A DNA stretch of 62,402 nt from an uncultured Gammaproteobacteria bacterium (GTDB lineage Bacteria > Patescibacteriota > Microgenomatia > Daviesbacterales > UBA10151): contig CAYMRP010000002.1 of NCBI GenBank assembly GCA_964392925.1, positions 2,244-64,645 on the forward strand, read 5' to 3'. Both the position numbers and the translations under genes were made by a program. Under the pieces are notes generated by a model, which was given only the letters and a program-made list of their open reading frames with translations, made no database searches and had not been told where the DNA came from. Shown in pieces: positions 46,745 to 56,531 of the stretch (within the stretch, counting starts at the first letter, position 1; every line of letters begins with the position of its first letter).

Positions 46745-48286
46745 TTAATAATGCCAGAAGGTTCGCTCGTTCGTAAACACCATTGGTATTCCAGCTTTAT
46801 CCGCCGCTTCAATTGACGCTTTATCATTAATCGATCCTCCAGACTGAACAATCGCCCCAATCTTATTCTTTGCAGCCAAGGACACAACATCATCAAACGG
46901 GAAAAAGGCATCCGAGGCCAAAACTGCTCCTACCGCTTTATCAGCCGCCAGCTCTATTGCCATTAAAGCCGCACGAAGCCTGGAAGTTTGACCAGTTCCA
47001 ATTCCCGTTGTCTGCGGCCATACTTTATCCATAATAACTACAGTATTTGACCTCATTCTTCTAATAAATCTCCACGCAATCTCCATTTGCTTTAACTGTT
47101 CTTTTGTCGGCTTTACCTTGGTAACGACCTCCCATTTATCCTGACCTAGATCAGTATCTGCATCCGCACTCTGATATGTAAATCCGCCAATTATTTCTTT
47201 CATCACCATATCCCCCTCAACAGGCTTCCTGATTCCGCTCAAAACATAAACTCCCATACTTTTTCTAACACCTTTCAGAACATCTTGCGCCTCATCTTCA
47301 ATTCCAGGAGCTGCCACAATATCAAAAAGTCCTTTTCTCTCGTCCTTAAACGAAGTCACAATTTCAGCTGCTTTTTTATCAAACGCTTTATTCATCACCA
47401 CCACACCTCCAAATGCTGATTCCGGATCTGCATCAATCGCTCTTTGCAAAGCCTCAGCTGGAGTTGCTCCAAGTGCAATTCCACAAGGCGTATTATGCTT
47501 AATTACAACTGCAGCCGGCTCATCAAAAATCCTCACCGCCTCCAAACCAGCATTTATATCAGTCACATTCATCATTGATAATTCTCTACCTGCAATATGA
47601 GTCATTTCTGCAAACGGAGAATTCGAATTTGGAGTCAGATATAAAGCTGCACTTTGGTGGGGATTCTCCCCGTATCTTAGTTCTTTAACTTTTCTGCCGG
47701 GAATTGTCATTTGATCTGGATAAGTCACCTTAGTTTGTTTTCTAAAAAACTTCGCAACTTGTCCGTCATAAAACGACAGGTGTTCAAAAGTTTTTGCCGC
47801 CAGTTCAATTCGAGTTTCAGAATCAACTAGGCCTTTTTTCAAAGCTTCAATAACTAGCGGATAGTCATTAGGATCACAAACCGGCAAAACATTTACGTAA
47901 TTCTTTGCAGCCGACCTCAGCATTGTTGGGCCTCCAACGTCTATATTTTCGATTTCATTCTTCTGTTCAAATGGATATAAATTGCAAACTACAACAGAAA
48001 TATTCAGTAGTTTAAATTTCTCCGCTTCTTCAATATGTTTTGGATTTGTTCTATCTGTTAAGATCGCCCCCTCAACTTGCATGCTAATTGTCTTAATCCG
48101 TCCATCCAGCATTTCTGGATTTCCAGTCACTTCTTCTATCGGTGTAACCTCAATATTTGATTCTTTAAGTAGTTTGGCTGTGCCGCCTGTAGATATGAGA
48201 GAGTACCCCAAAGCTTTTAATTCTTTGGCAAATTCAACTATTCCTTCTTTATCCGAAACGCTAATCAAAGCGTAGTTTGTAGTCAT
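46745..48286 (-). CDS. purH: Bifunctional AICAR transformylase / IMP cyclohydrolase
   Basis: ALISVSDK, GGTAK, and C-terminal ERTFWHY-type ending. Confidence 0.95.
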   Translation of the reverse strand: MTTNYALISVSDKEGIVEFAKELKALGYSLISTGGTAKLLKESNIEVTPIEEVTGNPEMLDGRIKTISMQVEGAILTDRTNPKHIEEAEKFKLLNISVVVCNLYPFEQKNEIENIDVGGPTMLRSAAKNYVNVLPVCDPNDYPLVIEALKKGLVDSETRIELAAKTFEHLSFYDGQVAKFFRKQTKVTYPDQMTIPGRKVKELRYGENPHQSAALYLTPNSNSPFAEMTHIAGRELSMMNVTDINAGLEAVRIFDEPAAVVIKHNTPCGIALGATPAEALQRAIDADPESAFGGVVVMNKAFDKKAAEIVTSFKDERKGLFDIVAAPGIEDEAQDVLKGVRKSMGVYVLSGIRKPVEGDMVMKEIIGGFTYQSADADTDLGQDKWEVVTKVKPTKEQLKQMEIAWRFIRRMRSNTVVIMDKVWPQTTGIGTGQTSRLRAALMAIELAADKAVGAVLASDAFFPFDDVVSLAAKNKIGAIVQSGGSINDKASIEAADKAGIPMVFTNERTFWHY

Positions 48287-48383
48287 CTTGGGCTAACTGA
48301 CTATCCCGCTTTTCCGCGAGACAAACTGTGTAATGATAGGTGAACCTCAAATAAAAAACAAGAAGTATGAATACTGAATTTAT

Positions 48384-48575
48384 ACATTGTTGAATTCACA
48401 AATAATACCGAGCCTGAAACAAAGCGCGTTAAGGGAAGAAAAATTTGATATCAGGGGAGTTGCCTACTCAGCAAAGCTGATGTAGGAGGGGGTCAGCCCC
48501 CGATTAGTAAATTTTTCTGAGTAGTGCGACTTTCCGGCGAGCAGCTTTTGAGGTACTTTTGCTGCCAAAAGTACC
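48384..48575 (-). repeat. Structured intergenic element, copy 3 (between pgi and purH)
   Basis: Same conserved blocks. Variable hairpin CCTACTCAGC-AAA-GCTGATGTAGG and terminal hairpin GGTACTTTTG-CTGC-CAAAAGTACC. Confidence 0.75.
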
Positions 48576-48605
48576 TGAGGCTTCGCTTGCGAAGACGCAA
48601 TGAAA

Positions 48606-50294
48606 TTAATCAAGGAATTTCTTAATCAACTGATTCGTCGAAGAATCATGCTTCAAATCACTCGTATCTCCCGCCTCAATTTCCCCTAAAATCTTCTTAG
48701 CTAAAACCTTCCCCAACTCAACGCCCCACTGATCAAACGAATCTATCCCCCAAATAACTCCCTGAACAAATATCGAATGTTCGTACAAAGCTGTTAACTG
48801 ACCTAAGGTATACGGTGTTAATTTATCTACCACTATCGAATTAGAAGGTCTATTCCCTGGCATTACTTTATGAGCAATTAATTCCTTAGATACTCCTTCA
48901 GCTTTTAATTCCTCTTCAGTTTTACCAAAAGCAAAAGCTTCAGACTGGGCAAAAAAGTTAGCCATTAATTTGTCATGATGGTCTGAAATAGGATTCAAAC
49001 TTTCCTTAAATCCAATGAAATCAGCCGGCACAATTTTAGTCCCTTGATGCATTAATTGATAAAAAGCGTGCTGCCCGTTAGTCCCAGGTTCACCCCAAAT
49101 AATCGGTGATGTTTGATAATCAATTTTTTCACCTGTCTCAGTGACTGACTTTCCATTACTTTCCATTACCGCTTGCTGTAAATAAGCCGGAAACCGAAGC
49201 AAATATTGATCGTACGGAAGTATCGCCTGGGTAGAAAAATTAAAGAAATTATTATTCCAAATACTAATTAAACCCATTAGGACTGGTAGATTTTTTGATA
49301 ATTCAGTATTTTTAAAATGCATATCAACCGAATGAAATCCTTTCAGCATTTCCTCAAAGTTCTCAATTCCAATTGCAATCATTACCGACAATCCAATTGC
49401 CGAACATAAAGAATATCTTCCTCCAACAAAATCCCAAAAAGGAAACATATTCTCTCCAGAAATCCCAAACTTCTCCACCTCACCCAAATTCGTAGAAAGC
49501 GCCACAAAATGCCTAGCTACAACCTCCTTCTTCTTTTCCTGATCCCCAACTTTTTCCGGAACCCAAGCATCCCTTTCTCCAACACTTATTCCAGGATGAG
49601 GCGGAAAAGCTACATTCAAGATCCAATCCTTTGCAGTTTGCGCATTTGTCATAGTTTCCTGAGTCGTAAAAGTTTTAGAAGCAATAATAAACAGTGTTTC
49701 CGCAGGATCCAAATCCTGAGTCGATTCATAAAAATGAGTTCCATCAATATTAGAAATAAATCTGATTGTTAAATTCCTGTTCGAATATTTCTTTAATGCC
49801 TCATAAGCCATAACAGGCCCTAAATCCGATCCCCCAATCCCAATATTTACAATATTCTTAATCGTCTTTCCGGAATAACCCTTCCACTCCCCGCTTCTAA
49901 TTTGCTCAGAAAATTGCTCCATTCTCTCCAGAACCTCAACAATAGAACTCATCACATTTTCTCCGTCAACCAAAACTGGCTCCCCAGAAACATTTCTCAA
50001 GGCTGTATGCAAAACCGCCCGCCCTTCGGATTTATTTATCTTCTCCCCGGAAAACATTCCCTCAATTTTCTGCTTCAATCCAGCTTCTTCCGCCAGTTGA
50101 AGTAATAAACCAAAAGTCTCTTCGTTAATTCTATTCTTAGAGAAATCAAGGAATATTGTTTCAAATGCAGCAGAAAATTTAGAAGCTCTCTCCGGATCCG
50201 CAGCAAATAACTCTCTTAACGAATTCTCCTTAATGATATTATGGTGCTCAGATAACTGCTGCCAGGCTCGATATTTTGTTGCTAGTTGTCCCAT
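48606..50294 (-). CDS. pgi: Glucose-6-phosphate isomerase
   Basis: [37 protein letters not shown] at 50294 is preferred over the track's TTG at 50312. Confidence 0.95.
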   Translation of the reverse strand: MGQLATKYRAWQQLSEHHNIIKENSLRELFAADPERASKFSAAFETIFLDFSKNRINEETFGLLLQLAEEAGLKQKIEGMFSGEKINKSEGRAVLHTALRNVSGEPVLVDGENVMSSIVEVLERMEQFSEQIRSGEWKGYSGKTIKNIVNIGIGGSDLGPVMAYEALKKYSNRNLTIRFISNIDGTHFYESTQDLDPAETLFIIASKTFTTQETMTNAQTAKDWILNVAFPPHPGISVGERDAWVPEKVGDQEKKKEVVARHFVALSTNLGEVEKFGISGENMFPFWDFVGGRYSLCSAIGLSVMIAIGIENFEEMLKGFHSVDMHFKNTELSKNLPVLMGLISIWNNNFFNFSTQAILPYDQYLLRFPAYLQQAVMESNGKSVTETGEKIDYQTSPIIWGEPGTNGQHAFYQLMHQGTKIVPADFIGFKESLNPISDHHDKLMANFFAQSEAFAFGKTEEELKAEGVSKELIAHKVMPGNRPSNSIVVDKLTPYTLGQLTALYEHSIFVQGVIWGIDSFDQWGVELGKVLAKKILGEIEAGDTSDLKHDSSTNQLIKKFLD

Positions 50295-50353
50295 TCCAGC
50301 AAAGTATCGCAAACTTGTGATTCTGATTCAAGTGTTGTAAATTTAGTGAATCA

Positions 50354-51826
50354 ATGTCTGATAATTTCACACTAATCATCTTCGGAATAACCTCAAATCT
50401 GGCCCAAAAGTATATTATTCACGCCCTCTACGATATGGAAGAAAAAGACGTTCTCCCTAAAAATATGACCATCATAGGTAATGCTAGAAGAAAGTTAACT
50501 GATGCTGAATTTGAAAAGTACATCTTTGAAACTTTGAATAACGGCAACCGCCACCACCAACACCCAATCGATAAAGATGTCGCTGCAAAATTATTTAAGC
50601 GGATGAGTTATTTGGATGGATATCTTGATGACCCGGCATATTACAGCCTACTTAAAGAAACTCTAGACAAACAGGAAAAATCCACTCCCGGCAAAGACGA
50701 TCGTATTTATTATTTAGCAACTTATCCTGATTTATATCAAAGCATTTTCGAAAACTTAAAATCTAACGATTTAACTAAAGAAGATAATGGTTTTGTCAGA
50801 ATAATGGTCGAAAAGCCTCTAGGCAATGATTATGAATCCGCAAAACAAATTAACGATATGCTCGACAAATATTTTAAAGCCTCGCAAGTTTATAGATTAG
50901 ATCATTACTTAGGTAAAGAAACTCTGCAGAATATTTTAACTTTTAGATTCGGAAACGGGTTATTTGAGCCGCTTATTAATAAAGATCATATTGATCATAT
51001 CCAAATTACAGCCTCTGAAGATTTTGGGATCGGAGCCCGTGGCGGATTCTATGATATTGTCGGCTCCCTTAAAGATGTCGGTCAAAATCATCAAATGCAA
51101 ATGCTGGCCTTCACAACCATGGATGCTCCAAGCGAATTCTCAAATGATGCAGTCACCAAAGAGAGAGTTAAAATAATAAACGCCCTAAAACCTAATGGCA
51201 ACGATGTTGTATTTGGCCAATATCAAGGCTATAAAAAAGAAGATAATGTTGCTGAAAATTCAACCACTGACACCTTTTATGCATTCAAAACCGAAATCAA
51301 CAACGATCGTTTTAGAGGTGTTCCTATTTATGTCAGAGCCGGCAAAATGCTCAATCAAACTGTCACTGAAATTTCTATTGTTTTTAAAACTCCCAAAAAC
51401 AAACTTTTTTCAGATTTGAATACTCAAATGGAACCAAATGTTTTAATTTACCGGCTTCAACCTAATGAAGGAATAGTCGTCAGATTCATGTCTAAAAAAC
51501 CTGGTGACCAAGTTACACTTGAAGAAAATTTCCTCCAATTTTGCTACCGGGCAGATGCCTCAACTCATCATCACGCTTTACCCGATCCTTATGAAAAGCT
51601 GATTCTTGATGCTATCCGGGGAGATCAAACATTTTTTGCTGATAAAGAAGAAATTGAATCGTCCTGGAAATTTATTGATGAACTAATAAGACACCGCGGC
51701 GAACCTAAATCATATAAACCTGGAACATGGGGACCTAAAGAAGCCGAAGAACTTTTAGAAAAAGATGGTCGAAAATGGCTGGAGCCTTCGAATGCCTTCT
51801 GTAATATCACCTATCCTGTTAAATAG
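50354..51826 (+). CDS. zwf: Glucose-6-phosphate 1-dehydrogenase
   Basis: IFGITSNLA, EKPLG, RLDHYLGKE. Confidence 0.95.
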   Translation: MSDNFTLIIFGITSNLAQKYIIHALYDMEEKDVLPKNMTIIGNARRKLTDAEFEKYIFETLNNGNRHHQHPIDKDVAAKLFKRMSYLDGYLDDPAYYSLLKETLDKQEKSTPGKDDRIYYLATYPDLYQSIFENLKSNDLTKEDNGFVRIMVEKPLGNDYESAKQINDMLDKYFKASQVYRLDHYLGKETLQNILTFRFGNGLFEPLINKDHIDHIQITASEDFGIGARGGFYDIVGSLKDVGQNHQMQMLAFTTMDAPSEFSNDAVTKERVKIINALKPNGNDVVFGQYQGYKKEDNVAENSTTDTFYAFKTEINNDRFRGVPIYVRAGKMLNQTVTEISIVFKTPKNKLFSDLNTQMEPNVLIYRLQPNEGIVVRFMSKKPGDQVTLEENFLQFCYRADASTHHHALPDPYEKLILDAIRGDQTFFADKEEIESSWKFIDELIRHRGEPKSYKPGTWGPKEAEELLEKDGRKWLEPSNAFCNITYPVK

Positions 51827-52267
51827 TTATCTTCTGAAAAACCTTCCTAAAGAAGCTCGTAACCCTGGAGTTTTGATAGGTTGAATATTGATCGGAGCAG
51901 CCTCCAGCTCAGCGGAAGTCATAGCTAAGGATTGCTGAACCTGATCTCGGAAAGCTATCGCATGTGCTTGACGATATTTTTCCCATGTAAAAGTCCTTGG
52001 ATCTTTTGGGCCACTTATGTTTGTTTCTGAATCTGGTGAAGTCATAATATTAACAAAATCCTGACAATTACTCCGAACATACATTGTAGCAGTACCTGTC
52101 AACAACCAGCAGACTTTAATTAGACTTTGCTTTAAATCAAAATTGTCTTGCACCGCCAAGCAATATAAAAAATGATTGATCGGTTTGGAGACAGCACTTT
52201 TAGTTTCACCTTCGAAGCAAGAACAACCCTTGAGGGTGCTCATAATTTGAGTGGAAGATTGAGACAT
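51827..52267 (-). CDS. Hypothetical protein (146 aa, no recognisable family)
   Basis: Its stop codon abuts the zwf stop with zero spacing. Cys-containing N-terminal half. Confidence 0.5.
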   Translation of the reverse strand: MSQSSTQIMSTLKGCSCFEGETKSAVSKPINHFLYCLAVQDNFDLKQSLIKVCWLLTGTATMYVRSNCQDFVNIMTSPDSETNISGPKDPRTFTWEKYRQAHAIAFRDQVQQSLAMTSAELEAAPINIQPIKTPGLRASLGRFFRR

Positions 52268-52354
52268 CCAACATTATCCCCCAGACATGTTGGAACCAGC
52301 CTTGTTCTAAGGTACCCAAGAGTTTTTGGTGATTCAGTCACAGCTCAAGGTGTC

Positions 52355-52750
52355 ATGCATTCCCTCATCGACTGGGAAAATCGATATGGCTCCGCACCAG
52401 ATGAGATGCCTGCTTTCTTAAATATGGCTGCTGAGAGAGCTAGTAGAGAGAAGCCAATAAAAGATATTGATCTATTCTATGCCCTACTTACTCCTGATCT
52501 GCAAACACCACCAGTAGACCCATTTGCATTTGTAACAGGTGATGAGTTATATCCTTTAGTTTATAGAGAAAAAGTATTTGCTCGAGCTGGAGGCGAGACT
52601 AGAAATCCTCACTTTAATTCACCTGCCTACGAAGTGGCACAGTTAGAATTAGCTCGTGCCGTGAGATTTCATACTACAGGGAGAAGAGAATTCACACATA
52701 TTCCTGAGAAGTTACTACATCAAGCAACAGAAACTAAAAAAGTGAGCTAA
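52355..52750 (+). CDS. Hypothetical protein (131 aa, no recognisable family)
   Basis: First ATG outside the divergent neighbour. There is no ATG/GTG/TTG between 52268 and 52355 in this frame. Confidence 0.5.
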   Translation: MHSLIDWENRYGSAPDEMPAFLNMAAERASREKPIKDIDLFYALLTPDLQTPPVDPFAFVTGDELYPLVYREKVFARAGGETRNPHFNSPAYEVAQLELARAVRFHTTGRREFTHIPEKLLHQATETKKVS

Positions 52751-52753
52751 GAT

Positions 52754-52813
52754 CTAACTTTTCTTCACTGAATGCCCACCAAACTTACCTCTCATGGCTG
52801 ATACAGCCTTTAT
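52754..52813 (-). pseudogene. Relic second copy of the gnd 3' end (20 codons including stop)
   Basis: Encodes IKAVSAMRGKFGGHSVKKS*, versus NKAVSAMRGKFGGHSVKK* for the real gnd end. 17 of 18 aligned residues are identical, with 9 synonymous codon differences. Confidence 0.75.
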
Positions 52814-52834
52814 CTCCGGAGGAGGCAAGGCGGT

Positions 52835-53773
52835 TTACTTTTTTACTGAATGCCCACCGAATTTACCTCGCATCGCGGAAACAGCCTTGTTTCTAAACCC
52901 ATTGGGTGAATGTTCTTCATCATTAACCGAATTTACCCTAACTTTAAATGAATCCTCTATAACAACCGGATCAACCCCTAATTCTTTAGCTGCAATTACT
53001 GTCCATTCACCCTCTCCGGTATGATTTATTTTTGACGAATACTCCGAAAGCTCCGGATCTTCTTCTAAAGCCTCACGAGTCCAACCAACCAGTCTGGACT
53101 CAATAACAGATTTATTATTATAAACTCTAAAAATATCATTTAAATCTAAGTTAAAATCAGAGGATTTAAGAATCGCCGCCCCTTCTCCAATCGCCTGCAT
53201 CATTCCATATTCAACCCCATTATGAACCATCTTTGCAAAATGTCCGGCTCCAACTCTCCCAAAATGCCCCCAGGCATCCGGCGCTGATGCTGCTAAAATT
53301 AGTTCCTTGATTTCCTCAACGTCACCCTTTTCACCACCAATCATTAAACACGCCCCAGTTCTTGCTCCTTTAGGCCCTCCGGAAACTCCAATATCCATAA
53401 ATCTTACACCAGTTGGTTTAATCTTCTCAGCTCTTCTTAGAGTGTCTTTAAAGAACGAATTAGCTCCATCTATCAATAAGTCTCCTGGTTTCAAAAGCGG
53501 CAATACTTTATCGATAAACTCATCAGTAGTCTCACCAGCAGGCAGCATTAACCAAACTATAATACTTTCATCACCAGTCCGAAGTGTTTTCACCACATCC
53601 TCGGCATTCTCTACAGTTTCTGCACCAGCCGCTTTAACTTCTTCACGAGGCTCAGGAGATCTATTCCAGGCCACAACCTCTATCCCTTTCTCTAAAAGGT
53701 TCAAAACCATTCCCTTCCCCATTTTTCCTAAACCAATATATCCAACACGTAGTGGAGCTTTGCTTATCTTCAT
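52835..53773 (-). CDS. gnd: 6-phosphogluconate dehydrogenase (short, decarboxylating, YqeC/Gnd-like)
   Basis: YIGLGKMGKGM Rossmann motif, DGANS, GAGHFAKMVHNG. Confidence 0.9.
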   Translation of the reverse strand: MKISKAPLRVGYIGLGKMGKGMVLNLLEKGIEVVAWNRSPEPREEVKAAGAETVENAEDVVKTLRTGDESIIVWLMLPAGETTDEFIDKVLPLLKPGDLLIDGANSFFKDTLRRAEKIKPTGVRFMDIGVSGGPKGARTGACLMIGGEKGDVEEIKELILAASAPDAWGHFGRVGAGHFAKMVHNGVEYGMMQAIGEGAAILKSSDFNLDLNDIFRVYNNKSVIESRLVGWTREALEEDPELSEYSSKINHTGEGEWTVIAAKELGVDPVVIEDSFKVRVNSVNDEEHSPNGFRNKAVSAMRGKFGGHSVKK

Positions 53774-53827
53774 CTCACTGCTAATATACTGATAATCGTC
53801 AGAATTGTCTAGTGTAAGGAACCAAGA

Positions 53828-54022
53828 TTACTTCCCGGTCAACATTGCCACTCGCCTAAACGCACGGCTACCTTCTGGAGTTTTGCTTGCGGTAGCTACT
53901 TGATCCGCTATTTGTTGGGCTTGCTCAGCCGCGCTTATAGCTCTCGGGAATTTAACATCTCTGGATCTCATTGATGCCAAATCAGAAGCATCAAATCTAA
54001 CAGGCCTAATCTTTTTTTCCAT
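53828..54022 (-). CDS. Hypothetical small basic protein (64 aa)
   Basis: AAAGGAGGTGA lies 7 nt upstream of the ATG. No family recognised. Confidence 0.55.
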   Translation of the reverse strand: MEKKIRPVRFDASDLASMRSRDVKFPRAISAAEQAQQIADQVATASKTPEGSRAFRRVAMLTGK

Positions 54023-54171
54023 TATTTCACCTCCTTTAATATAATTATTAACAAATTTACTATAAAAAGTGCAAGTATTAGATTAAATTCTTAGTGTATT
54101 GTTAAAGAAAATGAGTTGATCGATCCAATAAAACCCTTAATACTTAATTCTTGATACTGTATACTGATATT

Positions 54172-55011
54172 ATGTTTCTGTCCATAGACATAGGTGGTAC
54201 CAATACCCGCATAGCTATCTCCGCAGACGGTAAAGTAATCACCAAAAAGATTCGCTATCTTACCCCTCAAAAGTATGATGACGGCATTGACCTATTAATC
54301 GAACAGATCGAGGATTTAACTAACGGTAAAATCCCCAAGGCTATATCTGTTGCTGCCGCATCACCTATTAATTATGAAAAAGGCACAATGATCAAACCCC
54401 CCAATTTACCGAACTACAAAGGTCATTCAATTAGAAAGGAACTTGAGATAAGACTCCGAACTAAGGTTTATTTAGAAAATGATGGGGCTCTTGGAGGTCT
54501 TGGTGAATTCACCAAAAGACCAAAGTCAAAAGTTCTCGGATTTATAACTTTATCAACCGGCATCGGCGGAGTCAGAATCGTTAATGGCCAAATTGACTAC
54601 AGTGAGCTGCCTAACGAACCTGGCCACCAGATCCTAGATCCTAATGGCCGTTTCTGGCCAGGCTGCGGCCAAAAAGGTTGTTTTGAGTCGCTCGCTTCAG
54701 GAACAGCATTTGCTTTAACTTATGGAGTAAGACCGGAGTTTTGTGAAGATGATCGCATTTGGGAGCAGCACGCAGAGGTCACGTCCCAAGGCATAGTCAA
54801 CGTCATTACCCTTTGGACTCCCGACACATTAGTTATCGGCGGAAGCTTAGTAAAAGCCGGACCTAAATTCATTAAACCTCTAATTAAATTTACAAAAGAA
54901 AAAATAACCATGTTCAAAGCTCCTAAAATTGAAATCTCTAAACTTGGTGATGATAATGTTTTACTCGGAGGTTTCCTCTACCAAACTCAAAAACATCATC
55001 TATCTACCTGA
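54172..55011 (+). CDS. ROK-family sugar kinase (probable glucokinase)
   Basis: LSIDIGGTNTR, ENDGALGGLGE, Cys motif GCGQKGCFES. ATG at 54172 is preferred over the track's TTG at 54151. Confidence 0.85.
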   Translation: MFLSIDIGGTNTRIAISADGKVITKKIRYLTPQKYDDGIDLLIEQIEDLTNGKIPKAISVAAASPINYEKGTMIKPPNLPNYKGHSIRKELEIRLRTKVYLENDGALGGLGEFTKRPKSKVLGFITLSTGIGGVRIVNGQIDYSELPNEPGHQILDPNGRFWPGCGQKGCFESLASGTAFALTYGVRPEFCEDDRIWEQHAEVTSQGIVNVITLWTPDTLVIGGSLVKAGPKFIKPLIKFTKEKITMFKAPKIEISKLGDDNVLLGGFLYQTQKHHLST

Positions 55012-55042
55012 TTATTTTTCGAACGGAGTGAGAAAATACAAA
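55011..55042. repeat. ~30-nt intergenic motif, copy c (between convergent genes)
   Basis: ATTATTTTTCGAACGGAGTGAGAAAATACAAA, overlapping the last base of the kinase stop codon. Confidence 0.7.
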
Positions 55043-55055
55043 AAACTAGAGAACT

Positions 55056-55841
55056 CTACCTAATCTCATAACTTAACGTCACAGTCACCATAATCTCATT
55101 GGTCCCAGGCTGAACCTGTGTTGGTGCACTTTCCCTCGCACTATCACCAGCTTTTGCCATCATTGGAGAAGGATAACCGCCTCCTTGTCCTTCTGAATAA
55201 TTAATAATTTTACCTAATTTAAATCCGGCTATTTTTGCTGCATCCTCAGCTTTTTTCTTAGCATCAGCAACTGCTAATTCCCTGGCTTTATTCATTGATT
55301 CTGTTTTATCCTTAACTTGAAAATCAATTCCCCCAACTTGATTCGCTCCAGCTTCGACCCCTGCGTCTAAAACTTGATTCGCCAACTCAGCAGTCTCCAC
55401 AGTTATAGATAAATTAGTATTACCTGTATACCCTGCAATCTGATTTTGATCTGGTCCTGGTGAATCAGCTGTTACTGGAGCTCTCACAGAATTATATTCA
55501 GGATATATATTAAAATTCTCAGTTTTTATTTTATCTTCGCTGATACCTAAATCTTTTAATGCTCCCAAAACTCTATTTATACTAGTGTTCATATTATTCT
55601 TAGCAGCTTCCTCAGTAGCACCTTTAGCCACTACCCCTAATCTAATAGTTGCAGAATCAGGCTTTGCCTCAACACGGCCTTCGCCACTAACCGAAAAGGC
55701 ATCTGACTTAGTTGTAGTTACACTATTAACGCTAAATGGAATTGGACCAGCGATAGCAGTGTAGATAAACAAAAGAAGGAAAAATGTAACTAGCGTTAGT
55801 AAAACAGACAGGAAGTTTTGCAAGATATTATTTTGCATCAT
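55056..55841 (-). CDS. SIMPL/DUF541-domain exported protein
   Basis: N-terminal TM helix. Pattern typical of the 26-kDa periplasmic immunogenic protein family. Confidence 0.8.
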   Translation of the reverse strand: MMQNNILQNFLSVLLTLVTFFLLLFIYTAIAGPIPFSVNSVTTTKSDAFSVSGEGRVEAKPDSATIRLGVVAKGATEEAAKNNMNTSINRVLGALKDLGISEDKIKTENFNIYPEYNSVRAPVTADSPGPDQNQIAGYTGNTNLSITVETAELANQVLDAGVEAGANQVGGIDFQVKDKTESMNKARELAVADAKKKAEDAAKIAGFKLGKIINYSEGQGGGYPSPMMAKAGDSARESAPTQVQPGTNEIMVTVTLSYEIR

Positions 55842-55879
55842 AATTCATTCTACCCTTATCATCTCAATAATGACAAGAT

Positions 55880-56527
55880 TCACTTTACTCCTAGTTTTCT
55901 AAAAAGAGAAACAGTTATATATAACCAGACGGATCCAATCAAATAAGAACCTAATGTGTCAGAAAACCAATGAGAGCCAATGTATATCCTAGAAACTCCT
56001 ATCAAAACTATCATCGAAAAAAGAACTCCGGAAACTAAATTTCTCCAAAATTTACTTTTGATTAAAGTGAAGGACAAAAATAATAAGAATCCGTAAAATC
56101 CAATAAAATATAAAACATGTCCTGAAGGAAAACTATCATCTTTAGAGAATCTTTCTACCTGATGAATTAAACTAGAATCGGGTCTTGGTCTACTGACAAT
56201 CAACTTAAGTATTTCACTTATAGCGACAGCTCCTAAAGTTGAAATCCCTAAACCAGAAACTAATCTTTTCTTTTTAAAATACCACAAACCTAAACAGGCA
56301 ATAACCAATGCCGTTACTGCCTGATAAAAATTACCCAGCCAGGATAAAAACATCATCAAACTCTCAAACGCTGGAATTTTTATTTGCTGAATCTGCAAAG
56401 TTATATATAAATCGAAAGGGAAAAACTCATATTGCCTGGCAAAAAAAGTTAATATTAAAATCGAAATAGTTGCAAAAATTAAATAATTTCTAAAGATTAA
56501 TACTCGCCCCGCAAAGCCCGATTTCAT
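55880..56527 (-). CDS. PAP2-family phosphatase
   Basis: KLIVSRPRP, SFPSGH, SRIYIGSHWFSD. Confidence 0.85.
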   Translation of the reverse strand: MKSGFAGRVLIFRNYLIFATISILILTFFARQYEFFPFDLYITLQIQQIKIPAFESLMMFLSWLGNFYQAVTALVIACLGLWYFKKKRLVSGLGISTLGAVAISEILKLIVSRPRPDSSLIHQVERFSKDDSFPSGHVLYFIGFYGFLLFLSFTLIKSKFWRNLVSGVLFSMIVLIGVSRIYIGSHWFSDTLGSYLIGSVWLYITVSLFRKLGVK

Positions 56528-56531
56528 TCAT

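Noticed and set aside
46699-46911. Longer 218-aa version of the ORF between purH and purL
   Set aside because: The extra 71 codons overlap the purH 3' end in another frame. The internal ATG at 46698 lies just downstream of the purH stop.
49527-49613. Apparent ~22-aa insertion in Pgi ([27 protein letters not shown]) as another palindromic in-frame element
   Set aside because: I could find only a 7-bp AT-rich inverted repeat (TTTTCCG/CGGAAAA) and no similarity to the other repeats. This may just be a lineage-specific loop.
52172-52354. Longer 192-aa version of the plus-strand orphan
   Set aside because: Its first 96 nt would overlap the divergent 146-aa ORF in antisense. The first start outside that gene is the ATG at 52355.
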